Shown here one piece after another: positions 9,052 through 17,796 of a DNA stretch of 59,553 nucleotides (position 1 is the stretch's first letter; each line of letters begins with the position of its first letter). Under the pieces are notes generated by a model. That model searched no databases. It saw only the letters and a program-made list of their open reading frames with translations, and was not told the origin of the DNA. The translations under genes were made by a program, and so were the position numbers. This DNA is from an uncultured Fusobacteriaceae bacterium (GTDB lineage: Bacteria; Fusobacteriota; Fusobacteriia; Fusobacteriales; Fusobacteriaceae): NCBI GenBank assembly GCA_964536535.1, contig CAZHXU010000001.1, positions 1 through 59,553 of the forward strand. Reading direction: 5' to 3'.

Positions 9052-10277
9052 TAGCTATACTTCCAAAATAACAAAGCACCATTATGCCCACCAAAACCAT
9101 AAGACATACTTAAAGCACTATTCACTTCTACCTTAATATCTTCCAATGGCAAGTTAATCCCTTCTATAGGATTTTTTATATGGTTTTTATGTATACGACT
9201 ATTTTTAATAGCATCTACACATATGATTGCTTCTAGTGCACCACTTGCTCCTATGTTGTGACCCAATATCCCCTTAGAAGAATTAACATAGGGTTTCTGA
9301 CCTAATACTTCTTTTATTACTTCTGCTTCTACTTGGTCATTAAGTATAGTTCCAGTCCCGTGACTATTTATATAATCTATCTCTTTCCCTCTAGTTATTT
9401 CTTTCATAAGTTCTTTGATTTTTTTCCCACTTTCTTCTATCTTTACTATATTAAATGCATCACTATTTTTTTTAAAATCTACTATCTCAGCATAAATAGT
9501 TGCACCTCTTTCTAAAGCGTGATTTAACTCTTCTAATACTAATATAGCTCCTGCACCATCTGAAAACAAAAAACCACTTCTACTTTGTGAAAATGGTTCT
9601 GCTATACCCCTATCTGATTTTGTTAATACACCAAGAGTATCAAATCCCCTCATAGAAGTTCCACTTCCGTCTTTCAGGTATTCTACACCTCCACTAATTA
9701 CTACTTTTGCTTTTCCCTCTTTTATCTCTTCATAACTTTTTCCAATAGCATATGTACCCGATGCACACGAAGCATTTAAGGTATAGTTTTCACCTTCCAA
9801 ACCAAATAATATAGATACCCATGCAGATGCTGCATTGGGCATAATGAGTGGTATAGATAATCTATTAAATCTGCCTATATTATTCACATGAGATTCATAC
9901 CCGTCAAAACATTCTCCTACACTAGATAATCCAAGACCTAAAATCACTTTTGCATCTATATCTACTCCAAATCCTTTGTCTTTTGTTATTATATCAAAGC
10001 CTGCATCTTCAAGAGCTTTGTAACTACCATATACAGCATACTTTGAGTTTCCGCCTAAAAGTTTATTATATACAGGCGTTAATCCTAAGTCTTCCATATT
10101 TATATTAGGTGCTGGTACTCTGTAGGTAGAAGTGAATTTATAGTTTTTTTCATATTCGGCAGGTATCTTTTCAGCTTTATTCTCCCCTTCAAATAAGCCC
10201 TCAAAAAATTCCTCTTTTCCTTTTCCTACTGCACTAATAGGACATAATCCTGTTACTACAACTCTATTCATAATCAT
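9051..10277 (-). CDS. Beta-ketoacyl-ACP synthase (KAS I/II, FabF-like)
   Basis: NRVVVTGLCPISAVG N-terminus. Cys-His-His triad contexts ASCASGTYAIG, NSHGTGT and GHNIGASG. Confidence 0.85.
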   Translation of the reverse strand: MIMNRVVVTGLCPISAVGKGKEEFFEGLFEGENKAEKIPAEYEKNYKFTSTYRVPAPNINMEDLGLTPVYNKLLGGNSKYAVYGSYKALEDAGFDIITKDKGFGVDIDAKVILGLGLSSVGECFDGYESHVNNIGRFNRLSIPLIMPNAASAWVSILFGLEGENYTLNASCASGTYAIGKSYEEIKEGKAKVVISGGVEYLKDGSGTSMRGFDTLGVLTKSDRGIAEPFSQSRSGFLFSDGAGAILVLEELNHALERGATIYAEIVDFKKNSDAFNIVKIEESGKKIKELMKEITRGKEIDYINSHGTGTILNDQVEAEVIKEVLGQKPYVNSSKGILGHNIGASGALEAIICVDAIKNSRIHKNHIKNPIEGINLPLEDIKVEVNSALSMSYGFGGHNGALLFWKYS

Positions 10278-10281
10278 ACTC

Positions 10282-11262
10282 CTATAATCTGTTAATTTTT
10301 TTTATATAATCTTTTATATTTTCAAAATCACGTGCTCTAAAATCTATCTTAGACAAGTCTATCTTTTTCCCCTCATATTCAAGCTCTTTATCTTCCTTTA
10401 ATATGTATCCTAACTTATGAAAATTCAGATTTTTTTCTTCTACTTCCTTCAAAAAATCCTCTTCATCTTCTTTTTTTAGAGTAAATAATAGTTCATACTC
10501 TCCTGCTTCACCTAAAAAAAGTATTAATGGATTTATTCCCATTAATTTAGCCAGTCTTCTACCTTTTTTATTTAATAAAGGATTTTTCACACTGTACCCT
10601 ACCTTACTTTCTCTGCTAAGTATTTCCAAAGAGTTAAATACACCATCACTAGTATCTATAGCACTTGTTCCGTATTTTCGCAGCAGTTTTGCTTTTTCTT
10701 TTGATACTTCAAACTTATCTTTTATTAACTTTGAATAATCACATTTGGGTAAAAAAGAAAAAAAAGCTTCGAGATTACCCAAACCTATAGCTCCTGTAAT
10801 ATATATTATTTCTCCTTCTTTTGCTCCACTACGAAATATAGGTTTTTCTACTTGCCCCAAAGCAACTCCTGTATAACTCCAACTTTCAGCTTTTCCAAAA
10901 TCTCCTCCCAAAAGGGCTACTTCATTGTTTCTTAATACATCAGATATACCCTTACAAAATTCCATCAAATAATCATCTTTCCAGTTTTGACCTAAAACCA
11001 TACTATGTAAATAATGTTTTGGTATACCTCCCGTAACATATATATCTGTAAGTGTTCCTGTAGCTATATTCCATCCTAACCTATAAGGATTCATTTCCAA
11101 AAACCTATCTTCTTTAGAAAATTCATCTATGTTTATACATAACTTTTGTCCAAAAATATTAAATACTTCTGAATCGGCTTCATTTATTTTGTTTATCTGA
11201 TCTGGGTTTTTATCAAATAAACTCCTAATTAATTTTATACTATTCCCTTCAAAATTGTTCAT
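10282..11262 (-). CDS. AIR-synthase-related (PurM/ThiL superfamily) ATP-dependent enzyme
   Basis: NIDEFSKEDRF..RLGWNIATGTLTDIYVTGGIPKHYLHSMVLG matches the ThiL/PurM N-domain pattern (D.f.e..hF..iG.k....SD.a..Ga.P). The C-terminal half has the GEYELLFT-type AIRS_C pattern. Confidence 0.65.
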   Translation of the reverse strand: MNNFEGNSIKLIRSLFDKNPDQINKINEADSEVFNIFGQKLCINIDEFSKEDRFLEMNPYRLGWNIATGTLTDIYVTGGIPKHYLHSMVLGQNWKDDYLMEFCKGISDVLRNNEVALLGGDFGKAESWSYTGVALGQVEKPIFRSGAKEGEIIYITGAIGLGNLEAFFSFLPKCDYSKLIKDKFEVSKEKAKLLRKYGTSAIDTSDGVFNSLEILSRESKVGYSVKNPLLNKKGRRLAKLMGINPLILFLGEAGEYELLFTLKKEDEEDFLKEVEEKNLNFHKLGYILKEDKELEYEGKKIDLSKIDFRARDFENIKDYIKKINRL

Positions 11263-12186
11263 CTATACCTCTTTTACTACAAGTTCTAGTTTATCTCTTG
11301 CTACGACTATCTTACAAGGTAGTTCTCCTTGGGGATCCCCGTCAAACTCTAACTTAATTTTATCTTTTGATTTCACTTCTACTCCCTCTGCAAATATTAG
11401 CTCTATGCCCCTATCCTTTTTAATATAGTCTCCTTTATATATTTTATAGATAGAATTTATCAAAGTTTTTATCCCTCTTTTTTTAACTATCATTATATAA
11501 AACTTCCCTTTTTCTCTATTTACTGCATCTTTTACTTTTATTCCAGAAGCAATTAATGGTGTTATGCCTACAGAGATATTATAAAAATCCTTTATTATTT
11601 TCTTTTTATCCCCATAGTTTATTTCAACTGTATCTCCCCTATAACTCATTAGTATAGATAATAATGATACAAATGTTCCTAAAAAATCTCCTATATAAGA
11701 CCTTATTCCACTATTTGCCCTTTTGGCTAACTCAGCTCCTAATCCTATATTAGCGCAACATGCAAAATATGATACTACTTTTTTATCTATATATTCTACT
11801 TGACCAAGTTCTATTTCTACTATTTTCCCCTTTGTTACTACTTCCAAAGCTTCTTCCAAAACTAATGGTATATTGTATGATTTACAAAAATCAGGGCTTG
11901 TACCTGTATAAATTATAGCTAATTTAGAATCAGATAATTTTTCTCCTTTATCATTATAAAATCCATTTATTACTTTATTTATAGTTCCATCTCCACCTAC
12001 TGCAACTATAACATCTATATTTTTTTTATTTCCATCCAATGATTTTTCATAAGCATCTTCTAAAGATTTAGTTTCATACAATTCAAAATCTAGAGATTTT
12101 TCTTCAAAATATTCTTTAATTAATGATTTTTTATAGGCATTTTTTCCACCTTTAGATTTTGGATTAAATATTATTAGATACTTCAT
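11263..12186 (-). CDS. Diacylglycerol-kinase-catalytic-domain lipid kinase (YegS/BmrU/sphingosine-kinase-like)
   Basis: VIVAVGGDGTINKVINGF (GGDGT motif); 307 aa. Directly abuts the next gene (11263/11262). Confidence 0.8.
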   Translation of the reverse strand: MKYLIIFNPKSKGGKNAYKKSLIKEYFEEKSLDFELYETKSLEDAYEKSLDGNKKNIDVIVAVGGDGTINKVINGFYNDKGEKLSDSKLAIIYTGTSPDFCKSYNIPLVLEEALEVVTKGKIVEIELGQVEYIDKKVVSYFACCANIGLGAELAKRANSGIRSYIGDFLGTFVSLLSILMSYRGDTVEINYGDKKKIIKDFYNISVGITPLIASGIKVKDAVNREKGKFYIMIVKKRGIKTLINSIYKIYKGDYIKKDRGIELIFAEGVEVKSKDKIKLEFDGDPQGELPCKIVVARDKLELVVKEV

Positions 12187-13346
12187 TATAAATCCTCTAT
12201 TATTTTAATAACATTAGTTATAGTGTCGCTTGTCAAGTTTGCTCCTGCTATTATTCTTATTCTTCCTTCTTTTGGTGGTACTGATGGTTCAACAAAAGGA
12301 GTTACTAATATGCCCTTTTCAAAGAATTTTTTTGCAATATTTATAGTATTTATCTTATCTCCACCTATAATAGAATTAATTGGTGATTTACTTTCTACTA
12401 TTTCAAAACCTTTTTTAACCAAAGCTTCTCCAATTAATTTTTTATACTCCCAAACTTTATTATTTATTTCTTCATAATCTTTTTTTAATATATCTAATAC
12501 TTTTTCTACTCCGCTTATTACCATAGGAGGTAGTGCTGTAGAATATATCAAATGTGGAAAGTAGTATCTAAGATATTCTATAGTTTCTTTATCTGCACCT
12601 ATTACTCCCCCAAGATTTGCTATCGCTTTCCCTAAAGATGCCGTATATACTACTCTTTTACTATTATTTATACCATTTAATTTCAGTGCACCTCTACCGC
12701 CACTTCCGATTACTCCTATTCCATGTGAATCATCAACTACTAATGTACAATTATACTTTTCACACAAATCTAACAGTTGATCTACTGGAGCCAACTGACC
12801 TTCTGTTGAAAAAACAGATTCAGTAACTATCCATCTATGATTATAATTTTGGGCTTTTTCCAATATTCCCTCTAGATGGACTAAATTATTATGTAAAAAA
12901 GCTCTGTTTCTACAACTTGCACTTTGTATCCCTTGTAATAAAGAAGAATGAATATAGTGGTCGAAAATAATTATATCTTCCTTTTCTGCTAACATATCAA
13001 AAATACCATTATTAGCTTGGTAACAAGATGGTAATAATATCGTTTCTTCTACTCCTACAAACTCTGCCAGTCTTCTTTCTACCCTTTTCCCTACACTACT
13101 ATAACCAACAGCTATAGGTGTTCCGCATAATGAAACCCCATACTTATTTATACTTTCTATTACTGCTTCTTTTACCCTTTGATCATCTGCTAAGCCCAGA
13201 TAATTATTTGATGCCAAGTTTATATATTCTTTCCCTTCAATAATTATCTTATCTGACAAAGCAGAATCTAAGCAACTATAATAGGGATCAAAAGATGTTT
13301 CTTCTTTTATTTTTTGTGTTTCATATATTGCTTCTACTCTCTTCAT
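12186..13346 (-). CDS. PLP-dependent alpha-oxoamine synthase (BioF/KBL/serine-palmitoyltransferase family)
   Basis: NNYLGLADD, DDSHGIGVIGSGGRG and the PLP-lysine context TASLGKAI. One-base overlaps at both ends (13346 and 12186). Confidence 0.85.
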   Translation of the reverse strand: MKRVEAIYETQKIKEETSFDPYYSCLDSALSDKIIIEGKEYINLASNNYLGLADDQRVKEAVIESINKYGVSLCGTPIAVGYSSVGKRVERRLAEFVGVEETILLPSCYQANNGIFDMLAEKEDIIIFDHYIHSSLLQGIQSASCRNRAFLHNNLVHLEGILEKAQNYNHRWIVTESVFSTEGQLAPVDQLLDLCEKYNCTLVVDDSHGIGVIGSGGRGALKLNGINNSKRVVYTASLGKAIANLGGVIGADKETIEYLRYYFPHLIYSTALPPMVISGVEKVLDILKKDYEEINNKVWEYKKLIGEALVKKGFEIVESKSPINSIIGGDKINTINIAKKFFEKGILVTPFVEPSVPPKEGRIRIIAGANLTSDTITNVIKIIEDL

Positions 13347-13573
13347 TAATTTACCTTTTCTTTTATCATATTAACTAATTGATTTATAGTCATTTCTGTG
13401 TCTAATTTATCTCTATCTAATATAATTCCAAATTCATCTTCTATTCCATCAGTTATTATCATTATTCCAAGTGAATCTACACCTATATTTTCTATAGTAT
13501 CTTCCATTTCAAACTCTACTTTTTTCTCCATATTTTTTTTCACTACTTCTAATATTCTATCTTCTATTCTCAT
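13346..13573 (-). CDS. Acyl carrier protein
   Basis: 75 aa with a GVDSLGIM phosphopantetheine-attachment (DSL) motif. RBS AAGGGAG before the ATG. Overlaps the end of the OYE gene by 17 nt. Confidence 0.85.
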   Translation of the reverse strand: MRIEDRILEVVKKNMEKKVEFEMEDTIENIGVDSLGIMIITDGIEDEFGIILDRDKLDTEMTINQLVNMIKEKVN

Positions 13574-14777
13574 TTTTTACTCCCTTATTTAATATACATT
13601 TTGTTTTTTTACCCGAATCTGTCATAATTGCACAGATATTACAGTTAATACACTTTGATTTATATTCTTTATTCTCTTTCAATTTTGATAAAAAATCACT
13701 TTCACATAAAAATGGTCTGGATAAACTAACAAAATCTATTCTTTTTTTACAAAAAGCATATTCTATTTCTTTCATAGTTCTAAATCCACCTACTGTAATA
13801 ATGGGTATATTTGTATATTTTTTAGCTTCTACTGCATACTCCAAATTATACATAGGTTTATAATCTATTATTTTTATCTTCATTAATGGATAAATAAATA
13901 TTCTCCAAGTTTTTTTCAAAAATCTATTTTCTATTTTATATATTGGATTGTGCTCTAATATTTCACTAATTGGTATACTTTTTCCTCTAAATATATTCAA
14001 AGCATAATCCATAGTTCCATAACTTATTTCAATTGCAAACACTTTTTTTTCATCCAAAAATTTTATTAATTCTACCAGTTCCTCTTTATCAAACTTTGGT
14101 CTCAAATCGTCACTGCCACTTATTTTTACTAAAATAGGATAAGTATCCCCACAGACTTTTTTTATTTCATCTATAATATCACCTAAAAACTTCGTTGCTA
14201 TTTTACCTTTACCTATTCCATATTCATCTTTTCTTTTATTAATAGCTTTAGTTAAAAATTGATGTATCAAATAACCATGAGCACAATGAAGCTGTATACC
14301 TGTAAAACCTATCTTTTTTGCATGTAATGCTGCTTCTCCAAATTTTTCTATAATTTCTTCTATTTCTTTTTTCTCAAGTTTTTTAGCCCTTTCACCAAAA
14401 TAAAAAGATTTTGTACTTGAGCTAGATACTATATCTTTTACCCTATATGATTTTGTTTGCCTACCTACATGAGCAAGCTGAACAAAATAATTAACTCCTT
14501 TAACTTTTGCATAATCACACAGGTTTTTATATCTTTTGACTTTGGAATAATTATCAAAACCAGCCTGTTTTGGCTGCATAGCTTTTCCATTATCCATTAT
14601 ATAAACAAAACCTGTAATTACCCCTCCTATTTTTTGGTCAAACAAATCTTTGTACAACATTTCATACTCTTTTGTTATGTATCCTTGGTCATCTGCCATA
14701 GCTTCAAAAGTAGCTGACCTAAATAATCCATTACTAAACTTTATATCTCCTATTTTTTTTTCATGAAATATACTCAT
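13557..14777 (-). CDS. Old-yellow-enzyme / NADH:flavin oxidoreductase TIM-barrel protein with Fe-S Cys motif (short FadH/enoate-reductase-like)
   Basis: VQLAHVGRQT and GIQLHCAHGYLIHQFL..NKRKDEYG are OYE signatures. C-terminal CINCNICA-x11-C. I place the start at ATG 14777 (MSIFHEKK), 1 nt after the UbiA stop, not at 14822 as in the ORF track. Confidence 0.8.
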   Translation of the reverse strand: MSIFHEKKIGDIKFSNGLFRSATFEAMADDQGYITKEYEMLYKDLFDQKIGGVITGFVYIMDNGKAMQPKQAGFDNYSKVKRYKNLCDYAKVKGVNYFVQLAHVGRQTKSYRVKDIVSSSSTKSFYFGERAKKLEKKEIEEIIEKFGEAALHAKKIGFTGIQLHCAHGYLIHQFLTKAINKRKDEYGIGKGKIATKFLGDIIDEIKKVCGDTYPILVKISGSDDLRPKFDKEELVELIKFLDEKKVFAIEISYGTMDYALNIFRGKSIPISEILEHNPIYKIENRFLKKTWRIFIYPLMKIKIIDYKPMYNLEYAVEAKKYTNIPIITVGGFRTMKEIEYAFCKKRIDFVSLSRPFLCESDFLSKLKENKEYKSKCINCNICAIMTDSGKKTKCILNKGVKNENRR

Positions 14778-14778
14778 G

Positions 14779-15747
14779 TTAGGCCCTACTATTACTGTAC
14801 AAACTAAATAAGAATTCAACAAAAATATATGATGATATAAATAAAACTAAAGCTAATTTTTCATTAAACAAACCTAATAAAGCTGCTTGTGAACAAGTAC
14901 AAGCTTTAAAATTTGTTTCTAAGGAAAAATATGTTTTTTCCCCTATTGGATTCAAATAAAATAAGATTCCTGTCCACAAAAATAAAAATGTAGATACTAT
15001 TCCTAAAAAGATAAATACAAATCCTACATTTCCTTTTATTACACCCAATTTATATAAAATAAGAAATAATGTTGTAGGAACTACAGAAACTATTAATGAT
15101 AAATATTTTGATTTCTTTAGTCCATATTTTACTATTAATGTTTTTTTTCCTGCTTTTTTATCTCCTTTATAATCTTTAAAATAAGTATAAAAAGTCATCA
15201 TTCCATTTATTGTTATAATTAATATTGATCCACCCCACAAATTCTTTGTTAAAGGCATTAATGGTAGATTTCCTGCTGCTAACATACCAAAAAATGAAGT
15301 TGTTAATATCATTACTCCAAAAACTATATTACCCAATATTCCTTTGCCTTTGGCATATTCATAAACTACATTAAGCCCTACTCCTGCTATCAAAGGGATT
15401 ACAGCCAAAGGACTTAGATAAAAATATGTATAAACAAGAATTAAAAAAAGAATTATTCCACTTGTTAACAATGCTTTTTTAGGATTTAACTGACCTGTTA
15501 CCATAGGTCTTTCAGGAGCGTTTATTCTATCTTCCTCCAATCCCAAATAATCATTAACAATCTGATTTATACCCCAACTTAAAAATAAAAGTGTAAGTAT
15601 AACAAGTTTTCTTTTTAATCCTAATTCTTCTAATTTCAATTCATTCACTATAGACTCATAATATGCTACTCCCAACCACCCTGGTATTCCTGTTACAAAT
15701 GCATAATATAATCTCATTGATTTAATATAATTAATTATAAATTTCAT
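14779..15747 (-). CDS. UbiA-family membrane prenyltransferase
   Basis: 322 aa, multi-TM. Motifs NDYLGLEEDRINAPERPMVTG and KDYKGDKKAGKKTL correspond to the two Asp-rich UbiA motifs. Confidence 0.85.
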   Translation of the reverse strand: MKFIINYIKSMRLYYAFVTGIPGWLGVAYYESIVNELKLEELGLKRKLVILTLLFLSWGINQIVNDYLGLEEDRINAPERPMVTGQLNPKKALLTSGIILFLILVYTYFYLSPLAVIPLIAGVGLNVVYEYAKGKGILGNIVFGVMILTTSFFGMLAAGNLPLMPLTKNLWGGSILIITINGMMTFYTYFKDYKGDKKAGKKTLIVKYGLKKSKYLSLIVSVVPTTLFLILYKLGVIKGNVGFVFIFLGIVSTFLFLWTGILFYLNPIGEKTYFSLETNFKACTCSQAALLGLFNEKLALVLFISSYIFVEFLFSLYSNSRA

Positions 15748-15779
15748 CTTTCTCCTTATGTGTATTTTTTAATAAGTTT

Positions 15780-15808
15780 ATTATATCTTATTAAAAATTT
15801 TAAATCAA
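15780..15808 (-). promoter_or_regulatory. Sigma70-type promoter of the nine-gene cluster
   Basis: Minus strand TTGATT (15808-15803), 17-nt spacer, TATAAT (15785-15780). RBS AAGGAGAAAG before ATG 15747. Confidence 0.5.
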
Positions 15809-15935
15809 GATTTATAAATTAGCCTTCAACTTTCTTCTAAAAGTAATGAAAATATTAGACTTATACACTTTTATCAAAAACAAATAATAACATCAAATTT
15901 CATCTTATAAATTTTTTATATCTCAAATATAACTA

Positions 15936-15962
15936 AATAAAAAAGAGACCCAAAAAGGTCTC
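15936..15962 (-). terminator. Intrinsic terminator after dnaB
   Basis: Minus strand GAGACC-TTTTTG-GGTCTC followed by TTTTTTATTT, 9 nt after the dnaB stop. Confidence 0.75.
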
Positions 15963-15970
15963 AATATCTA

Positions 15971-17305
15971 TTAGTCTATTTGGTCTGTATAATCAGCAAA
16001 CTTATTAAACTCATTTAAGAATGCTAGTTTAAGTGTTCCAACAGGACCATTTCTTTGTTTACCAATTATTACTTCGGCTATTCCCTTAAACTCACTATCT
16101 TCATTATAGTATTCGTCTCTATAAAGGAACATAACCATATCGGCATCTTGCTCTATGGCTCCCGAATCCCTAAGGTCACTTAGCATAGGTCTTCTATCTG
16201 CCCTTTGCTCAGGTGCACGTGATAACTGTGACAGAGCTATTACTGGTACATTAAGCTCCCTTGCAATTCCCTTTAGTGCCCTTGATATATCAGATACTTC
16301 TTGTTGTCTACTTTCTCCCTTACCTGCACCTTTTATAAGTTGCAGATAATCTATAAGTATCATATCAAGTTTCCCTGCTGCTTTTGCTCTTCTTGCAAGT
16401 GCTCTTATCTCAAGTACTGTTACATTAGGAACGTCGGCTATTTGTATATTCGAGTTAGCCAGTCTACCACTTGCTATCCCCAGTTGACCCCATTCTTGCT
16501 CGTCTATAAATCCATTTCTTATTTTACTAATAGGAATTTTTGCTTCTATAGCAAGTAATCTTTGGAATATCTGAGCATTACTCATCTCTAGAGAGAATAC
16601 TAATACACCCTTTGCTTGTTTAACTGCAGCACTCAGTGCCAAGTTAAGTACAAAAGCCGTTTTCCCCATAGATGGTCTAGCTGCAAGGATTACTAGGTCT
16701 GAATCATGAAATCCACTTGTCATATTATCAAATGATGCAAATCCAGAACTTATCCCTGTTGTTACACCTTTATTATTTACTACTTGTTCCAGTCTATCAA
16801 GCTCTGGACCAACTAGTTCACGAAGGCTAACAACTTCTTTATTTTCTTTAGTTTCACTTACTTTGAATATAAGTGATTCTGCTTTATCAAGTATAGTATC
16901 TACTTCTTCATAACCTTCTTGGGCCATTTCAACAATTTGAGATCCAATGTCCATAAGACTTCTAAGTGTTGCTTTTTCTTTTACTATCTTAGCATAGTTT
17001 ATAACATTAGCTGCAGTAGGTACAGATTCTATAATATCGTATAATACCTCTTCTCCACCTATCTCTTCAAACTTATTCTTTTTTTTAAGTCTATCCATCA
17101 GTATTACTGGGTCTATAGCTTGACCAGTATTATAACAATCAAGCATTACTTCATAGATATATTGATGAGCTAATTTATAAAAATCATTTATCTTTAATAT
17201 CTCTACTAAGTCTTCTAATACATCTTGTTTTAACAAAATTCCACCTAATACAGATTTTTCAGCTTCCAAACTATATGGTACAGTTCTTAACTTTTCAATA
17301 TCCAT
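15971..17305 (-). CDS. dnaB: Replicative DNA helicase DnaB
   Basis: PYSLEAEKSVLGGILL N-terminal motif, Walker A ARPSMGKTAF, QLSRAPEQR, GKQRNGP. Confidence 0.95.
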   Translation of the reverse strand: MDIEKLRTVPYSLEAEKSVLGGILLKQDVLEDLVEILKINDFYKLAHQYIYEVMLDCYNTGQAIDPVILMDRLKKKNKFEEIGGEEVLYDIIESVPTAANVINYAKIVKEKATLRSLMDIGSQIVEMAQEGYEEVDTILDKAESLIFKVSETKENKEVVSLRELVGPELDRLEQVVNNKGVTTGISSGFASFDNMTSGFHDSDLVILAARPSMGKTAFVLNLALSAAVKQAKGVLVFSLEMSNAQIFQRLLAIEAKIPISKIRNGFIDEQEWGQLGIASGRLANSNIQIADVPNVTVLEIRALARRAKAAGKLDMILIDYLQLIKGAGKGESRQQEVSDISRALKGIARELNVPVIALSQLSRAPEQRADRRPMLSDLRDSGAIEQDADMVMFLYRDEYYNEDSEFKGIAEVIIGKQRNGPVGTLKLAFLNEFNKFADYTDQID

Positions 17306-17346
17306 TATACTCCCTCACTTTTAGAATAATAAAGGGCATAGTATTA

Positions 17347-17796
17347 CTATTGCCCACTAATTATTACTTTTACTTGTGCTTTTACTTCAGGATGAAGTTT
17401 TACTTCTGCAGTATGCTCTCCTGTACTCTTAAAGTTAGCAGTAACTTTTTTCTTATCTACTTTAATTCCAGTTACTTTTTCAATTTCAGCTACTACTTCT
17501 TTTGCTGTAATTGCTCCAAATACTTTTCCGTTGTTTCCAACTTTAACACTTAAATTAAGAGTTTTACTTTCAATTTTTTTCTTTTCTTCTTCTGCTTCTA
17601 CTTTTTTATCCTCTTCCGCTTTAGCTTTTTTAGCTTTTTTAGCATCAAGTTTTTTAAGTTCTTCAGGTGTTGCAATTATCCCTTTGTTTTGTTTAACTAA
17701 GAAATTACTTGCATATCCTTCAGATACATTTACAATTTCTCCTTTTTTCCCTTGTCCAGCAACATTTTCTGTTAGTATAACTTGTACTTTTGCCAT
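17347..17796 (-). CDS. rplI: 50S ribosomal protein L9
   Basis: MAKVQVILTENVAGQGKKGEIVNVSEGYASNFL matches the L9 N-domain. 149 aa, immediately upstream of dnaB. Confidence 0.95.
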   Translation of the reverse strand: MAKVQVILTENVAGQGKKGEIVNVSEGYASNFLVKQNKGIIATPEELKKLDAKKAKKAKAEEDKKVEAEEEKKKIESKTLNLSVKVGNNGKVFGAITAKEVVAEIEKVTGIKVDKKKVTANFKSTGEHTAEVKLHPEVKAQVKVIISGQ

